DNA of 18,956 nucleotides from Campylobacterota bacterium (GCA_034717975.1 JAYEMF010000003.1:1-18956), one strand, 5' to 3'; positions 7,451 to 17,282 are shown, counted from the first letter of the stretch. Numbers and translations: made by a program. The notes: generated by a model not told the origin, from the sequence alone.

Positions 7451-9643
7451 ATGAAGATCGAGCAGAAAATTAAATATCGAACGCTTCTACTCTCTTTGAC
7501 GATTATTATACTGCTCAGCACCCCTGCCTTTTTCTATCTCAACAACTTTCTTGATCAACAGTTGGCACAGCAGCTTGATCGCCGGGAAGAGACATTGAAC
7601 ACTCTTCTTCAAAGAGTACTTCAGCAGCATAATCTGCAATATGAAAGCCGTTTAAAGAATATACTCGATGTATATGGTGTCAAAGAGTCATTTAAAGAGC
7701 GTGACAGAACTTCTCTATACCACATTGTCTCACCCCAATTAAAACAGATGCAAGCAGAGAACCCCTATATCAAGATCATGTCCTTCCGTCTACCGGACGG
7801 TTCCACATTTTTACGGGTGCACAAACCGGAGATGTTCGGTGACCCCATCAATCCAAGAAGAAAGATCATTGTCGATACCAATACACTCAGGAAAGTACAT
7901 TACGGATTTGAAGTCGGCAAACTCAAGATGACCCATCGCATCGTTATTCCCATCTTTTATAAAGAGGAGTATCTCGGCCTTGTGGAGTTCGGGGTGGAAC
8001 CTGCCGCATTCATGGAAGTCATTGCTGAAGTCGTACCTATGCGGTATGCCCTTGTCATCCGTAAAAGTATGCAGGATGTCCTGATGAGTCAACGTCGGAT
8101 GATTCAAAAAGAGAAGTATGCCTTGGCCGAAGAGGATCCTTTTTTTATCAAACTTTTCAAGCAGATGTCATTTGAGAAAAGATATTTTGCCAACATAAGT
8201 GGCAATACCTACTCGGTCAACTCTCAACTGCTCCTAAAAGATCATAAAGGGAAAAAAGCCGCTTTTATCATAACAGCAGAAAACATCACTACTGAGATTT
8301 CTGATTACAATAAACTCAGAATACTGTTAATGCTATCTGTCATCATCTCTATTCTGTTTCTCCTTTTTATACTAAACTACAGTCTGAATTTCTATATCTC
8401 AACCATCCGAAAACAGCTTTATACGGATGAACTGACCGGTTTGCCAAACCGTGACGCCCTGCTTCAGAAGTTAAAGGGTAAGGCAAAGTCTGTGATCCTT
8501 TTGATCGATATCAATGGCTTTAGAAACATCAATGAACTCTACGGTATCAGCAACGGTAATGTAATTTTAAAACAGTTCAGCGTTTTTATACAGACTATGG
8601 CGACTGAAAACAGTATGATGCCTTTCCGGATCTCCTCAGATGAGTTTATTATGCTGAAGGTGTCTGACGAACTGGAGAGTGAAATTTATTTCAGCACGTT
8701 TTCAAATACAATTTTTGAAGAGGTAAAAGAAGAGAAGTTTTACCTTCATGAACTGAACATCCCCATAGAGCTTGAAGTGACGATAGGCGTTTCCTATGGC
8801 TTTGATACAAGTCTGGAAAAGGCCGACATGGCCCTGAAAAAAGCCCAGGAGTCCCAGCAGCCTTATCTTTTCTACAGTAGTGACATTGACTCCAAAAAGG
8901 ATACGCACAAGGTTATTTCCATCAAAAAAGATCTGCGATATGCTTTGGAACAGGAAAATATTGTCGCCTATTACCAGCCTATTGTCAATGATGCGGGAGA
9001 AGTGATCAAGTATGAGACTCTGGTCAGAATGATCAAGATGATTGAAGGCAAGAAAGAGGTCATCTCCCCCTATTTTTTTCTGGAGCTCTCCCAAAAGTTC
9101 AATCTCTATCCGGCCATCTCGAAAACCATTATTTCACAAGGGTTTAAAAAAGCTGAGAAGATCGAACAGAGTATCTCTATCAACCTGACGCCAAGCGATA
9201 TGATGGATAAATTGATGCAATCTTTCATTTTTGAAAAACTTGGCAGATGCAGACACCCTGAAAAGATCATTTTTGAGATTACTGAAAATGAGAATATCAG
9301 TGATTACAGTTTTATCATAAACTTTGTGGAGAAGGTACATGACTACGGAGCAAAAATCGCTATTGATGATTTTGGCAGCGGCTACTCAAACTATTCGCAT
9401 GTCTTTATTTTGAAACCGGATTACCTGAAAATTGACGGCTCATTGATCAAAAATCTGACAGACAATAAAGAGAGCCAAATTTTTGTCAAAACCATCGTTA
9501 TGCTGGCGCAGCAGCTTGGCGTCAAGACCATTGCGGAATATGTACACTCCGAAGAGGTTTACAATATAGCAAAATCGTATGGTGTAGATGAGTTCCAGGG
9601 GTATTATTTCGGTGAACCGGAAAGTACGACTGAACCCATATAA
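7451..9643 (+). CDS. Membrane sensor c-di-GMP phosphodiesterase: TM-Cache (dCache_3-like)-TM-GGDEF (degenerate)-EAL
   Basis: Periplasmic FLRVHKPEMFGD / GFEVGK Cache motifs, YTDELTGLPNR, degenerate RISSDEF, and an EAL domain with YYQPIV, ETLVRM, SINL, FEITE, IAIDDFGSGYS, LKIDGSLI, AEYV and FQGYYFGEP. Confidence 0.93.
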   Translation: MKIEQKIKYRTLLLSLTIIILLSTPAFFYLNNFLDQQLAQQLDRREETLNTLLQRVLQQHNLQYESRLKNILDVYGVKESFKERDRTSLYHIVSPQLKQMQAENPYIKIMSFRLPDGSTFLRVHKPEMFGDPINPRRKIIVDTNTLRKVHYGFEVGKLKMTHRIVIPIFYKEEYLGLVEFGVEPAAFMEVIAEVVPMRYALVIRKSMQDVLMSQRRMIQKEKYALAEEDPFFIKLFKQMSFEKRYFANISGNTYSVNSQLLLKDHKGKKAAFIITAENITTEISDYNKLRILLMLSVIISILFLLFILNYSLNFYISTIRKQLYTDELTGLPNRDALLQKLKGKAKSVILLIDINGFRNINELYGISNGNVILKQFSVFIQTMATENSMMPFRISSDEFIMLKVSDELESEIYFSTFSNTIFEEVKEEKFYLHELNIPIELEVTIGVSYGFDTSLEKADMALKKAQESQQPYLFYSSDIDSKKDTHKVISIKKDLRYALEQENIVAYYQPIVNDAGEVIKYETLVRMIKMIEGKKEVISPYFFLELSQKFNLYPAISKTIISQGFKKAEKIEQSISINLTPSDMMDKLMQSFIFEKLGRCRHPEKIIFEITENENISDYSFIINFVEKVHDYGAKIAIDDFGSGYSNYSHVFILKPDYLKIDGSLIKNLTDNKESQIFVKTIVMLAQQLGVKTIAEYVHSEEVYNIAKSYGVDEFQGYYFGEPESTTEPI

Positions 9644-9665
9644 AGAGAAGATGATCTACTGGTGT

Positions 9666-9683
9666 ACCACCCGAAGGTCTGGT
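9666..9683 (-). terminator. cUUCGg tetraloop hairpin just after the trpE stop
   Basis: Minus strand ACC-AG-ACC-TTCG-GGT-GGT between convergent genes. There is no U tract, so it may be a stabilising hairpin instead. Confidence 0.3.
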
Positions 9684-9685
9684 GA

Positions 9686-11092
9686 CTAGGTTTTTAGATC
9701 ATCCAGAGAGCTCATCAGAGCTCCGAGTTTGTTGTGAACTTCGAGGTACTCCAGTTCAGGCTGTGAATCGGCAACGATGCCGGCCCCGGCTTGCAGGATC
9801 ACTTCATCCGGTTTGACGAGTGAAGTACGGATAGTAATGGCGCTGTCCATATTGCCGTCAAATCCGAAGTAACCGATAGCACCACTGTAAAAACCACGTT
9901 TGAGGCCTTCAAACTCGGCGATCAGTTCCATTGCACGGATCTTCGGCGCACCGGTCATCGTTCCGGCAGTAAACGTTGCGGCAAAGAGGTCAAACATATC
10001 TTTATCGTCACGCAGTTGGGCTACAACATCGGTGACAATGTGCATGACATGCGAGTAGCGTTCAATATGCATCATATCCTGGACCTGGACAGTTCCGGTT
10101 TTAGCGACACGACCGACATCATTACGGCCAAGATCGATCAGCATCAGGTGCTCAGCCAGCTCTTTCGGGTCTGCCAGAAGCTCCTCTTCAAGCTCTTTAT
10201 CCCGCTGCGGAGTCGTACCGCGTTTGCGAGTCCCTGCAATCGGGCGCAAGAGCAGCTCTCCCTCACTCAGACGAACCATGACCTCCGGTGAACTACCAAC
10301 GATACTGAAATCTTCATATTCCATCAAGAACATGTAAGGCGATGGGTTTTTAGTACGTAAAATACGGTAAAAACTGAATGGATCGACCTCGGCTTTACGG
10401 GTATAGCGATTGGTCATGAGGATCTGAAAGACATCACCGCTTTTAATCATCTCTTTGGAATCAGCAACCATCTCGAAAAAGCGCTCTTTTGAAAAAGCAA
10501 AGCTTCCACCCTGATCATGCTGCATCGGGGTTAACGGCATATAGTCATACGAAGATTTAAGAGCTGCTTCAATATTCTCAAACTCCTCTTGCATACTTGT
10601 TAGTGTTGAGATAAGCGTGATTTTATGATCTTTATGGGAGTAGACAACAACCATCTTTGGCAGGATGAGATCCATGTCAGGCGTCTGCATCGTATCGGTC
10701 AGATTGTCCATATATGGCTCGAGCACCGGCTCAAAGACCTGTACCATATCGTAACCGATGTAGCCGATAAACCCATCGACATAACCTACGTTTAACGCTT
10801 TACAACTCTCTTTGTAGAGTGTTGTATCGATAGTGCCATAGTAAGATTTCAGGAAATCAAAAGGTGATTGATCAATGAGCTCTTTTTGGCCGTCAGGATT
10901 GGTATAGCAAGTTGTTTTGTTCTGATATTGAAGGCGCTCGCGGGCACCGATAACTACAATACTGTAGTTACCCTCTGAACTGCCTGCACTTTCGAAGAGA
11001 AAGCTTATTTCATCCGGAAAAACTTCTTTCAGCTTGTCGTAGACAGCAATCGGTGCAAACTGATCGAGAAGGAACTCTTGATGAAAAATCAA
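9686..11092 (-). CDS. trpE: Anthranilate synthase component I family protein (chorismate-binding)
   Basis: FLFES, NPSPYMF, GSSPE, RPIAGT, KELAEHLMLIDLGRND, TGAPKIRAMELI, RGFYSGAIGY and QAGAGIVADS. TTG start 1 nt after the SPOR gene stop. Confidence 0.88.
   Translation of the reverse strand: MIFHQEFLLDQFAPIAVYDKLKEVFPDEISFLFESAGSSEGNYSIVVIGARERLQYQNKTTCYTNPDGQKELIDQSPFDFLKSYYGTIDTTLYKESCKALNVGYVDGFIGYIGYDMVQVFEPVLEPYMDNLTDTMQTPDMDLILPKMVVVYSHKDHKITLISTLTSMQEEFENIEAALKSSYDYMPLTPMQHDQGGSFAFSKERFFEMVADSKEMIKSGDVFQILMTNRYTRKAEVDPFSFYRILRTKNPSPYMFLMEYEDFSIVGSSPEVMVRLSEGELLLRPIAGTRKRGTTPQRDKELEEELLADPKELAEHLMLIDLGRNDVGRVAKTGTVQVQDMMHIERYSHVMHIVTDVVAQLRDDKDMFDLFAATFTAGTMTGAPKIRAMELIAEFEGLKRGFYSGAIGYFGFDGNMDSAITIRTSLVKPDEVILQAGAGIVADSQPELEYLEVHNKLGALMSSLDDLKT
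9691..9700. repeat. Right copy of 10-bp direct repeat TTTTTAGATC (trpE codons D-L-K)
   Basis: Identical to 3649-3658. Confidence 0.55.
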
Positions 11093-11093
11093 A

Positions 11094-11744
11094 TCAGACC
11101 TTTGTCAGGAATGCACCTGATTCGATTTTTTTACGAATGACAGGGATCGCTTTGCGTGCTGCTGCTTCATTCTCAAACGGACCGACAAGGACTTTGTTGA
11201 TCGTTTTGCCGCTGCGGACGACTTTATGGTAGGTGTAACTGTAGCCGTTGTCCGTGATCAATTTTATAAACTTTTTATTCGGAGCATATTTTGAGAATGA
11301 ACCCACCTGAATATAATATTTGCCTTCAGCAACTGCTTTTGGTTTTACTGCAGGCTTGGCAACCGGTTTTGGTGTCGGTTTGACAACCGGTTGAGGCTTG
11401 GCGACAGGTTCAATGACGACAACTTCCTCTTCTGCAAGACTCTCTTTTTTGAGTTTTTGGGCAATTTTGTCAAGGTTGTCATTTTTTGCGGGTTCCTCTT
11501 CGATAATCGGAACCGGTTCAAAGAGTGGGTCGTCTTCAACAAGGGCAGGGATATCAGTCGGCTCAGGCGGTAAAACTGCCTGTGGGAGATGCTCATTTGA
11601 ATCAGCACTGATACGATTCATAATAACGACTACAATAATCAGTACAATCGCAAGGGTTGCAATAGCCAGCAGTACTTTCTTATTTCCGGCATTACTGCCA
11701 CCTTTGTTCAGGATTATGTCATTAAGTTCGTTTTTCTCTTCCAT
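11094..11744 (-). CDS. Membrane-anchored SPOR-domain cell-division protein (DedD/FtsN-like; Cj0404-like position)
   Basis: Start moved to the ATG at 11744 (SD AAGGAG; MEEKNELNDIIL). One TM helix, Pro/Glu/Lys-rich linker, and C-terminal SPOR motifs YYIQVGSF...KVLVGPF. Confidence 0.9.
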   Translation of the reverse strand: MEEKNELNDIILNKGGSNAGNKKVLLAIATLAIVLIIVVVIMNRISADSNEHLPQAVLPPEPTDIPALVEDDPLFEPVPIIEEEPAKNDNLDKIAQKLKKESLAEEEVVVIEPVAKPQPVVKPTPKPVAKPAVKPKAVAEGKYYIQVGSFSKYAPNKKFIKLITDNGYSYTYHKVVRSGKTINKVLVGPFENEAAARKAIPVIRKKIESGAFLTKV

Positions 11745-11778
11745 CTTATATGCTCCTTGAATTGCTAATTTCGTTCTA

Positions 11779-11852
11779 TAGGTCTGCGTTGGTGGTCCTT
11801 CGGACATCACCTTTGGTTCCGGGCCTACAAACACCAAGCAGTTGGCGTTTGC
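11779..11852. repeat. Structured intergenic element (two hairpins; REP-like)
   Basis: Nested stem TAGGTCTG/CGGGCCTA enclosing GGTG-GTCC-TTC-GGAC-AT-CACC, plus an adjacent 11-bp minus-strand stem GCAAACGCCAA-CTGC-TTGGTGTTTGT. Confidence 0.45.
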
Positions 11853-11861
11853 TTACGGCTC

Positions 11862-12404
11862 TCACATATGTTTTGACCAAGAAGCTCCGCGCTCCTTGGC
11901 ATAAACCTCATACGGCAGGTTTAAAATGTTATATTCCGGCGGCAGATCCTGGGTTGGGAACATACGCCACTGTTTAGGCTGTTTCGCAGCCAGTTTCATC
12001 GAAAGCATCTTGCCCAGCTGAATGGCTTCTTGCAAGGTAGTATGCCCTTTATGAATGTAAACATGTAGATGCCCCGGAGTTTTTGTCTCAAACGCCGTGA
12101 AATTGATAAATCCCTCTTCACGTAGCAATAACTGTGCCTTATGGTAGAAACGCTGTGGATCACGACCGTTGTAATCTATGACAATATTTTCAACTTTACC
12201 CATCCGGTTGATCAGAGAGTGGGCGACCGTGATCTCTTTTTTCAGGTGCTGATTGATGACCTGTTGATTGAGTGGTTTTGCGACTTTTTCATATTTATTG
12301 AAAAAAGTACGCCCTTTATACTCAATCTTACCTACAACAGAATCATGTTTGAGCCAGTAGTGATCGCCGACCATTTTAATCAGCTTCATATCCATGCTGG
12401 TCAT
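11862..12404 (-). CDS. DUF1882 family protein (HP0184/Cj0403-like)
   Basis: [23 protein letters not shown] and NILNLPY motifs, position directly after glyA as in Campylobacter/Helicobacter, and SD AAAGGAG. Confidence 0.85.
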   Translation of the reverse strand: MTSMDMKLIKMVGDHYWLKHDSVVGKIEYKGRTFFNKYEKVAKPLNQQVINQHLKKEITVAHSLINRMGKVENIVIDYNGRDPQRFYHKAQLLLREEGFINFTAFETKTPGHLHVYIHKGHTTLQEAIQLGKMLSMKLAAKQPKQWRMFPTQDLPPEYNILNLPYEVYAKERGASWSKHM

Positions 12405-12419
12405 GATTGTCTCCTTTGA

Positions 12420-13667
12420 CTAATAGGTCGGTTGGTTATAGATGACGAATTGCTGAGCAAGGGTTTTCAACTCTTCTTTGATCTCAGCCTGCGCAGCTTC
12501 ATTGTTGATATCGTCAAGAACGTCGGCAATACGGTTGGCAATGAGTTCAAACTCTTTCTCTTTCATACCGCGTGACGTCAATGCCGGTGAACCGACACGG
12601 ATACCAGAGGTGACGAACGGTGAACGTGTTTCGCCCGGAACCGTGTTTTTGTTAACAGTGATACCGGCACGTCCGAGTGCTGCATCGGCATCTTTACCGC
12701 TGAACTCTTTATTGATGAATGAGACAAGAACCAGGTGGTTGTCCGTACCGCCACTCACAACGTCGTAACCCCGCTTCACAAGCACATCTGCCAATACGGC
12801 TGCATTGGCTTTGACCTGCTTGGCATGGGCTTTCCAATCAGCAGAGAGATTGTATTTGAAACCGACGGCTTTGGCAGCGATGACATGAACAAGGGGACCG
12901 CCCTGAAGACCCGGAAAGATCGCCGAGTTGATCTTTTTGGCGATATCTTCATCATTACACATGATCATTCCGCCGCGAGGGCCGGCCAGTGTCTTGTGGG
13001 TTGTTGTAGTAACCACATCTGCATGCGGGAATGGGCTAGGGTGCTCACCGGCAGCTACAAGACCTGCAATGTGAGCGATGTCGGCAAACAGGATCGCACC
13101 GACTTCATCAGCGATATCACGGAATCGTTTGAAGTCGATCTCACGGGCATAGGCAGAAGCACCGCAGACGATGATCTTTGGCTGGACAATCTTGGCGATC
13201 TCCAGAACACGATCGTAGTTGATACGTCCGTCAAGCTCCACACCATAAGTAAAACTGCTGTAGTTTTTCCCTGAGAAACTTGGTTTGGAACCATGAGTGA
13301 GGTGACCACCGTGGCTAAGATCCATACCGAGCAGTTTATCACCCGCTTTAAGAAGGGCGGCGTAGACGGCACCGTTGGCTTGTGAACCGGAGTGGGGCTG
13401 TACATTGGCATAGTTACATCCAAAGAGTTCACAGGCACGGTCGATTGCCAGCTGCTCAACACCATCGGCATACTCACATCCGCCATAGTAGCGTTTCATC
13501 GGGTAGCCTTCGGCATATTTGTTTGTAAAGACAGAACCCATCGCTTCCATTACAGCCGGTAACGTAAAGTTTTCTGATGCGATCATCTCAAGGTGGTCGG
13601 TCTGGCGTTCAAGTTCCTGCTCGCAAAGTGTGTAAATTTCACTGTCAAATTCTTGTAAAAAACTCAT
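12420..13667 (-). CDS. glyA: Serine hydroxymethyltransferase
   Basis: [35 protein letters not shown] site [14 protein letters not shown] and GGTDNHL. Confidence 0.99.
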   Translation of the reverse strand: MSFLQEFDSEIYTLCEQELERQTDHLEMIASENFTLPAVMEAMGSVFTNKYAEGYPMKRYYGGCEYADGVEQLAIDRACELFGCNYANVQPHSGSQANGAVYAALLKAGDKLLGMDLSHGGHLTHGSKPSFSGKNYSSFTYGVELDGRINYDRVLEIAKIVQPKIIVCGASAYAREIDFKRFRDIADEVGAILFADIAHIAGLVAAGEHPSPFPHADVVTTTTHKTLAGPRGGMIMCNDEDIAKKINSAIFPGLQGGPLVHVIAAKAVGFKYNLSADWKAHAKQVKANAAVLADVLVKRGYDVVSGGTDNHLVLVSFINKEFSGKDADAALGRAGITVNKNTVPGETRSPFVTSGIRVGSPALTSRGMKEKEFELIANRIADVLDDINNEAAQAEIKEELKTLAQQFVIYNQPTY

Positions 13668-13669
13668 TC

Positions 13670-15181
13670 TTATTCCTCTTCTTCTTTTGTTTCTTGGATT
13701 AGTGGTTTCATAGCCGGGAAAAGCAGCACATCCCGAATGGAGTGCTCATTGGTAAGCATCATGACAAGACGATCGATACCGATACCCTGACCGGCAGTCG
13801 GAGCCATCCCGTAACTCAAGGCATTGACGAAGTCCTCATCCATCTCATGGGCTTCATCATCGCCTGTCTCTTTGGCTTCCATCTGGCCTTCAAAGCGAGC
13901 GAGCTGATCGACAGGGTCGTTAAGCTCACTGAAGGCATTGGCGATCTCGCGACCGGCGATGAAGAGTTCGAAACGTTCTGTCAGATCAGGCTTTTCATCA
14001 CTGCGGCGTGCCAGAGGAGAGATCTCTACCGGATACTCGGTAATGAATGTCGGGTTGATCAATTTGGCTTCGACAAACTCATCAAAGAGCTCACCTTGAA
14101 GTTGACCCAGATTCATCTGTGTATTGACTTCGATATGACGCTCTTTCAGGTAGGTGATAATCTGCTCTTTATCATTGACGATTGCTTCTGGAACACCACC
14201 GATATCACTGAGTGATTTGATGAGCGGAATCTCTGAGAATTTTGAAAAATCAACTTCAAGTTCCCCGTAAGGCAGGAGTGTCGGCAGTTCGAGATGGTCA
14301 AAAAGATACTCGAAATACTCTTTAGTGATCTCGATCAGGTCTTTGTAGGTCTTATAGGCCCAGTAAAATTCAATGGAAGTGAACTCAGGGTTATGTGTGG
14401 CATCCATTCCTTCGTTACGAAAGTTTCGGTTGATCTCAAAGACGGCTTCGAATCCGCCGACGATCAGGCGTTTGAGGTAAAGTTCCGGCGCGATACGGAG
14501 GTAGCGGTCAACGCCAAGGGCATTGTGATGCGTAACGAATGGTTTAGCGTTGGCTCCGCCGGCAATAGGATGCATCATCGGTGTCTCTACTTCCAAGAAG
14601 CCTTTGTCCTCAAAGAAGCGACGTGTCAGACTGATTACTTTGGAACGAATATGAAAAGTTTTACGTACTTCCGCATTCATGATAAGGTCAAGGTAGCGCT
14701 GTCGGTAACGCATCTCTTTATCGGTGATCCCATGAAATTTTTCAGGAAGCGGGGAGATCGCTTTGGTCAGGACCTTGAAACTGTCAACATGGAGTGAGAG
14801 TTCCCCTTTGTTGGTTACAAATGGGTAACCGCCCACTTCAACGATGTCGCCAACTTCGATCATCTTCTTGAAGATATCGTTGTAGAAACCTTCAGGAAGG
14901 TTGTCGCGGGCAACATAGACCTGCAGCATGCCGCTTTCATCTTCAATCTTTAGAAAGCTTGCTTTCCCCATAATACGGAAAAACTTGATCCGTCCGGCTA
15001 CAATGTAGTGACGGTTTTCGTCCCGACGCTCTTCAAGTTCCGCAACATCGGAATTGACATAAAGATATTTAGCGATGGTTGTATTTCTTTCGCTGTTATT
15101 GGCATAAGGGTTGATCCCTAGTTCACGCAAGCGTTCAGCTTTTTCTATTCGCTGCTGGACATACTGGTTTTCAAAAGCCAA
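13670..15181 (-). CDS. lysS: Lysine--tRNA ligase (class II)
   Basis: OB fold, [42 protein letters not shown], and motif 3 [12 protein letters not shown] start with SD AAGGAG. Confidence 0.99.
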   Translation of the reverse strand: MAFENQYVQQRIEKAERLRELGINPYANNSERNTTIAKYLYVNSDVAELEERRDENRHYIVAGRIKFFRIMGKASFLKIEDESGMLQVYVARDNLPEGFYNDIFKKMIEVGDIVEVGGYPFVTNKGELSLHVDSFKVLTKAISPLPEKFHGITDKEMRYRQRYLDLIMNAEVRKTFHIRSKVISLTRRFFEDKGFLEVETPMMHPIAGGANAKPFVTHHNALGVDRYLRIAPELYLKRLIVGGFEAVFEINRNFRNEGMDATHNPEFTSIEFYWAYKTYKDLIEITKEYFEYLFDHLELPTLLPYGELEVDFSKFSEIPLIKSLSDIGGVPEAIVNDKEQIITYLKERHIEVNTQMNLGQLQGELFDEFVEAKLINPTFITEYPVEISPLARRSDEKPDLTERFELFIAGREIANAFSELNDPVDQLARFEGQMEAKETGDDEAHEMDEDFVNALSYGMAPTAGQGIGIDRLVMMLTNEHSIRDVLLFPAMKPLIQETKEEEE

Positions 15182-15193
15182 ATAGTTCTCCTT

Positions 15194-15664
15194 TTATTTA
15201 TTACAGTTTTTACAGATACCGTAGATCTGCATTGAGTGGTTCTGCATTTTAAAACCGAGTTCGTCAGCAATCAGATGCTGGCGTTTTTCAATCTCTGCAT
15301 CGACGAATTCAATGATATCACCGCATTCGGTACAGATCATGTGATCGTGATGTGCTTTGGCACCAAGTTCATACTTTTTACCCTGTGCTCCAAAAGAGAG
15401 GGAGGTGACGATATTATGATCTTCAAGCAGCTGAAGGGTTCGGTAGACAGTGGCAATACCGGTTTTAAGATCCGGATGGTTCTCCTGGATGAGATTGTAG
15501 AGCTCTTCAGGCGTAAGGTGCTCGTCTGAATTGTACAGGGATTCGAGGATCGCTTCACGCTGACGGGTGAACTTGAGGTCATTTTTTTTCAACAGCGCCT
15601 TGAAGTAGCTCAGCAGCTTTTCATACTCAATAGTACGTTCGTCAAAATTTGTCTGTGTATTCAC
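15194..15664 (-). CDS. fur: Ferric uptake regulator (Fur family)
   Basis: TRQREAIL, GIATVYRTL, HHDHMICTECG and terminal CKNC. cvpA-fur-lysS-glyA order as in C. jejuni. GTG start overlaps the cvpA stop. Confidence 0.93.
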   Translation of the reverse strand: MNTQTNFDERTIEYEKLLSYFKALLKKNDLKFTRQREAILESLYNSDEHLTPEELYNLIQENHPDLKTGIATVYRTLQLLEDHNIVTSLSFGAQGKKYELGAKAHHDHMICTECGDIIEFVDAEIEKRQHLIADELGFKMQNHSMQIYGICKNCNK

Positions 15665-16335
15665 TCAGAGGCCTCTTCCGACGTATTGTTGCTTTCAAGT
15701 TTCTCTTTAACTTCCTCCATGATTTTTTCTGGAGCTTCCTGAAGTGTTTCCTGGGTTGCATCGGAGATTTCAGTCGTGGTGATCTCAATTTTCTCTTTGG
15801 TGATTGCAACCGTGTCTGTAATGGTTTCATTGATATCATCTGCGATTTCAACCGGGTCCAGGTGCATAATAAATCCACCGGTATCGACCATCACAGGAAA
15901 CATAAAACTGTTTTCCATGGCCGGTTCCAGATTCTCACGGATAGTTTTAATATTGAAAATAGCATAGATGATGACGGAGCCGATCAGAAAAAACTTCCCA
16001 CTTCCAAATACAAAGCCAAAGACACGATCGACCGGGCCAAGCCCGCTCATTTTTCCCAACTTTTTGAGCAGTAGACCGATAGAGACCATAATGATCCAGA
16101 ATACAGACAGGGTAATAAGGAAACCGGTGAAATTGACTGCTGCACCGCTTTCAAAATGAAAAAGAGCATCATTAACGGCCGTACCGACAGTGTCACCCAT
16201 GCGCGAGGCAATAAAGATACCACCGATAATCCCGATCAGACCGAAAAGCTCTTTAAAAAATCCGTTAATAATACCTTTGAGTCCCAGAAGGAGGACAATG
16301 ACTGTAATAATTAGATCGAAATAATTAAATTCCAT
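15661..16335 (-). CDS. cvpA: CvpA family (colicin V production) membrane protein with acidic C-terminal tail
   Basis: N-terminal DLII...KGIINGFFKE, four TM helices and DRVFGFVFG motif. Confidence 0.9.
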   Translation of the reverse strand: MEFNYFDLIITVIVLLLGLKGIINGFFKELFGLIGIIGGIFIASRMGDTVGTAVNDALFHFESGAAVNFTGFLITLSVFWIIMVSIGLLLKKLGKMSGLGPVDRVFGFVFGSGKFFLIGSVIIYAIFNIKTIRENLEPAMENSFMFPVMVDTGGFIMHLDPVEIADDINETITDTVAITKEKIEITTTEISDATQETLQEAPEKIMEEVKEKLESNNTSEEASE

Positions 16336-17252
16336 TATGTTTTCACTTTCAATTGGTCTTTACCATTCTCTTTGGCAAGGTAGAGGGCTTCGTCCGCTCT
16401 TTGTATTAGTGTTTCTATTGTGTCACCGGTTTTGAATTGTGTAGCACCGATGCTCATCGTGACTGATATCTGTCCACTCTGGCTGATCAGTTTATTGTTG
16501 CGGACAAGATCGAGGAGGCGTTCAGCGACCATTTTGCACCCTTCGTGTGTGATGCGGTTGAGAACAATGACAAACTCTTCGCCGCCAAAGCGGAATACCT
16601 TGTCCCCATCGCGCAGCGTTTTCTTCAACATGTTTGCAACAAAAATGAGCACCTTGTCGCCAACGAGGTGGCCATAAGTGTCATTGACCTTTTTGAAGTC
16701 ATCGATATCTATCATATAGAGATGCATGACGAGATCTTTTTGATGGTGATGATTGATGATGGTATCAAGATAACTGTCGAGTCCTCGACGATTGTAGACT
16801 TTGGTCAGGGGGTCGATTGCCGCTTTGTTCTCAAGTTCTTTGACACGTTGGATCAATTCGGAGATCGTAGAATTGGCCTGGCTGATTTCGCCATGCAAGT
16901 CTGATTGGATGGAGGCAAAACGATCAGTTACAGCAGTGATGTCAATTTTACTCTCATGTAACTCATCAAGTGCTTTTAGCTGCTCTTTGGTCAATTCGGC
17001 AAACTTGTCACTGGTATTGGAGTAGGAGTGAAGACTCTGTTCTGCGAGAAGTTTATACTCATCTTCAAAGGTGAGTTGTTGTGAGTAGAAATCAAAAGAT
17101 TTGTTGAAATCACTTTTGATCACGGCATTGGCAATATCATGTAAGAAATCGATTAGCAGCTCTTCATCGACTTGATCATCGTTACGGTCTATATGAGCTA
17201 GAATCTCATCATAGACACTGGAAAGTAAGACCTTGGCATCATCTTTTTTCAT
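16335..17252 (-). CDS. Cytoplasmic diguanylate cyclase (helical/coiled-coil N-terminus + GGEEF domain)
   Basis: DPLTKVYNRR, DIDDFKKVNDTYGHLVGD, I-site RDGD five residues before GGEEF, and RADEALYLAKENGK. Start placed at 17252 because the ATG at 17291 runs into the -10 box. Confidence 0.92.
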   Translation of the reverse strand: MKKDDAKVLLSSVYDEILAHIDRNDDQVDEELLIDFLHDIANAVIKSDFNKSFDFYSQQLTFEDEYKLLAEQSLHSYSNTSDKFAELTKEQLKALDELHESKIDITAVTDRFASIQSDLHGEISQANSTISELIQRVKELENKAAIDPLTKVYNRRGLDSYLDTIINHHHQKDLVMHLYMIDIDDFKKVNDTYGHLVGDKVLIFVANMLKKTLRDGDKVFRFGGEEFVIVLNRITHEGCKMVAERLLDLVRNNKLISQSGQISVTMSIGATQFKTGDTIETLIQRADEALYLAKENGKDQLKVKT

Positions 17253-17282
17253 TGCACTACCATACGCTTTATTAGATGCATA

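Noticed and set aside
11335..11410. Quasi-repeats encoding VAKPQPVVKPTPKPVAKPAVKPK
   Set aside because: Ordinary low-complexity Pro/Lys linker of SPOR proteins, not a DNA repeat array.
11745..11837. 31-aa N-terminal extension of the SPOR protein
   Set aside because: A strong AAGGAG precedes the ATG at 11744, and the extension runs through the hairpin element.
12735..14797. Several 140-180 aa alternative-frame or antisense ORFs over glyA and lysS (similar ones occur over glgP, trpE and the DAHP synthase)
   Set aside because: They lie entirely within well-conserved genes and have no domain features.
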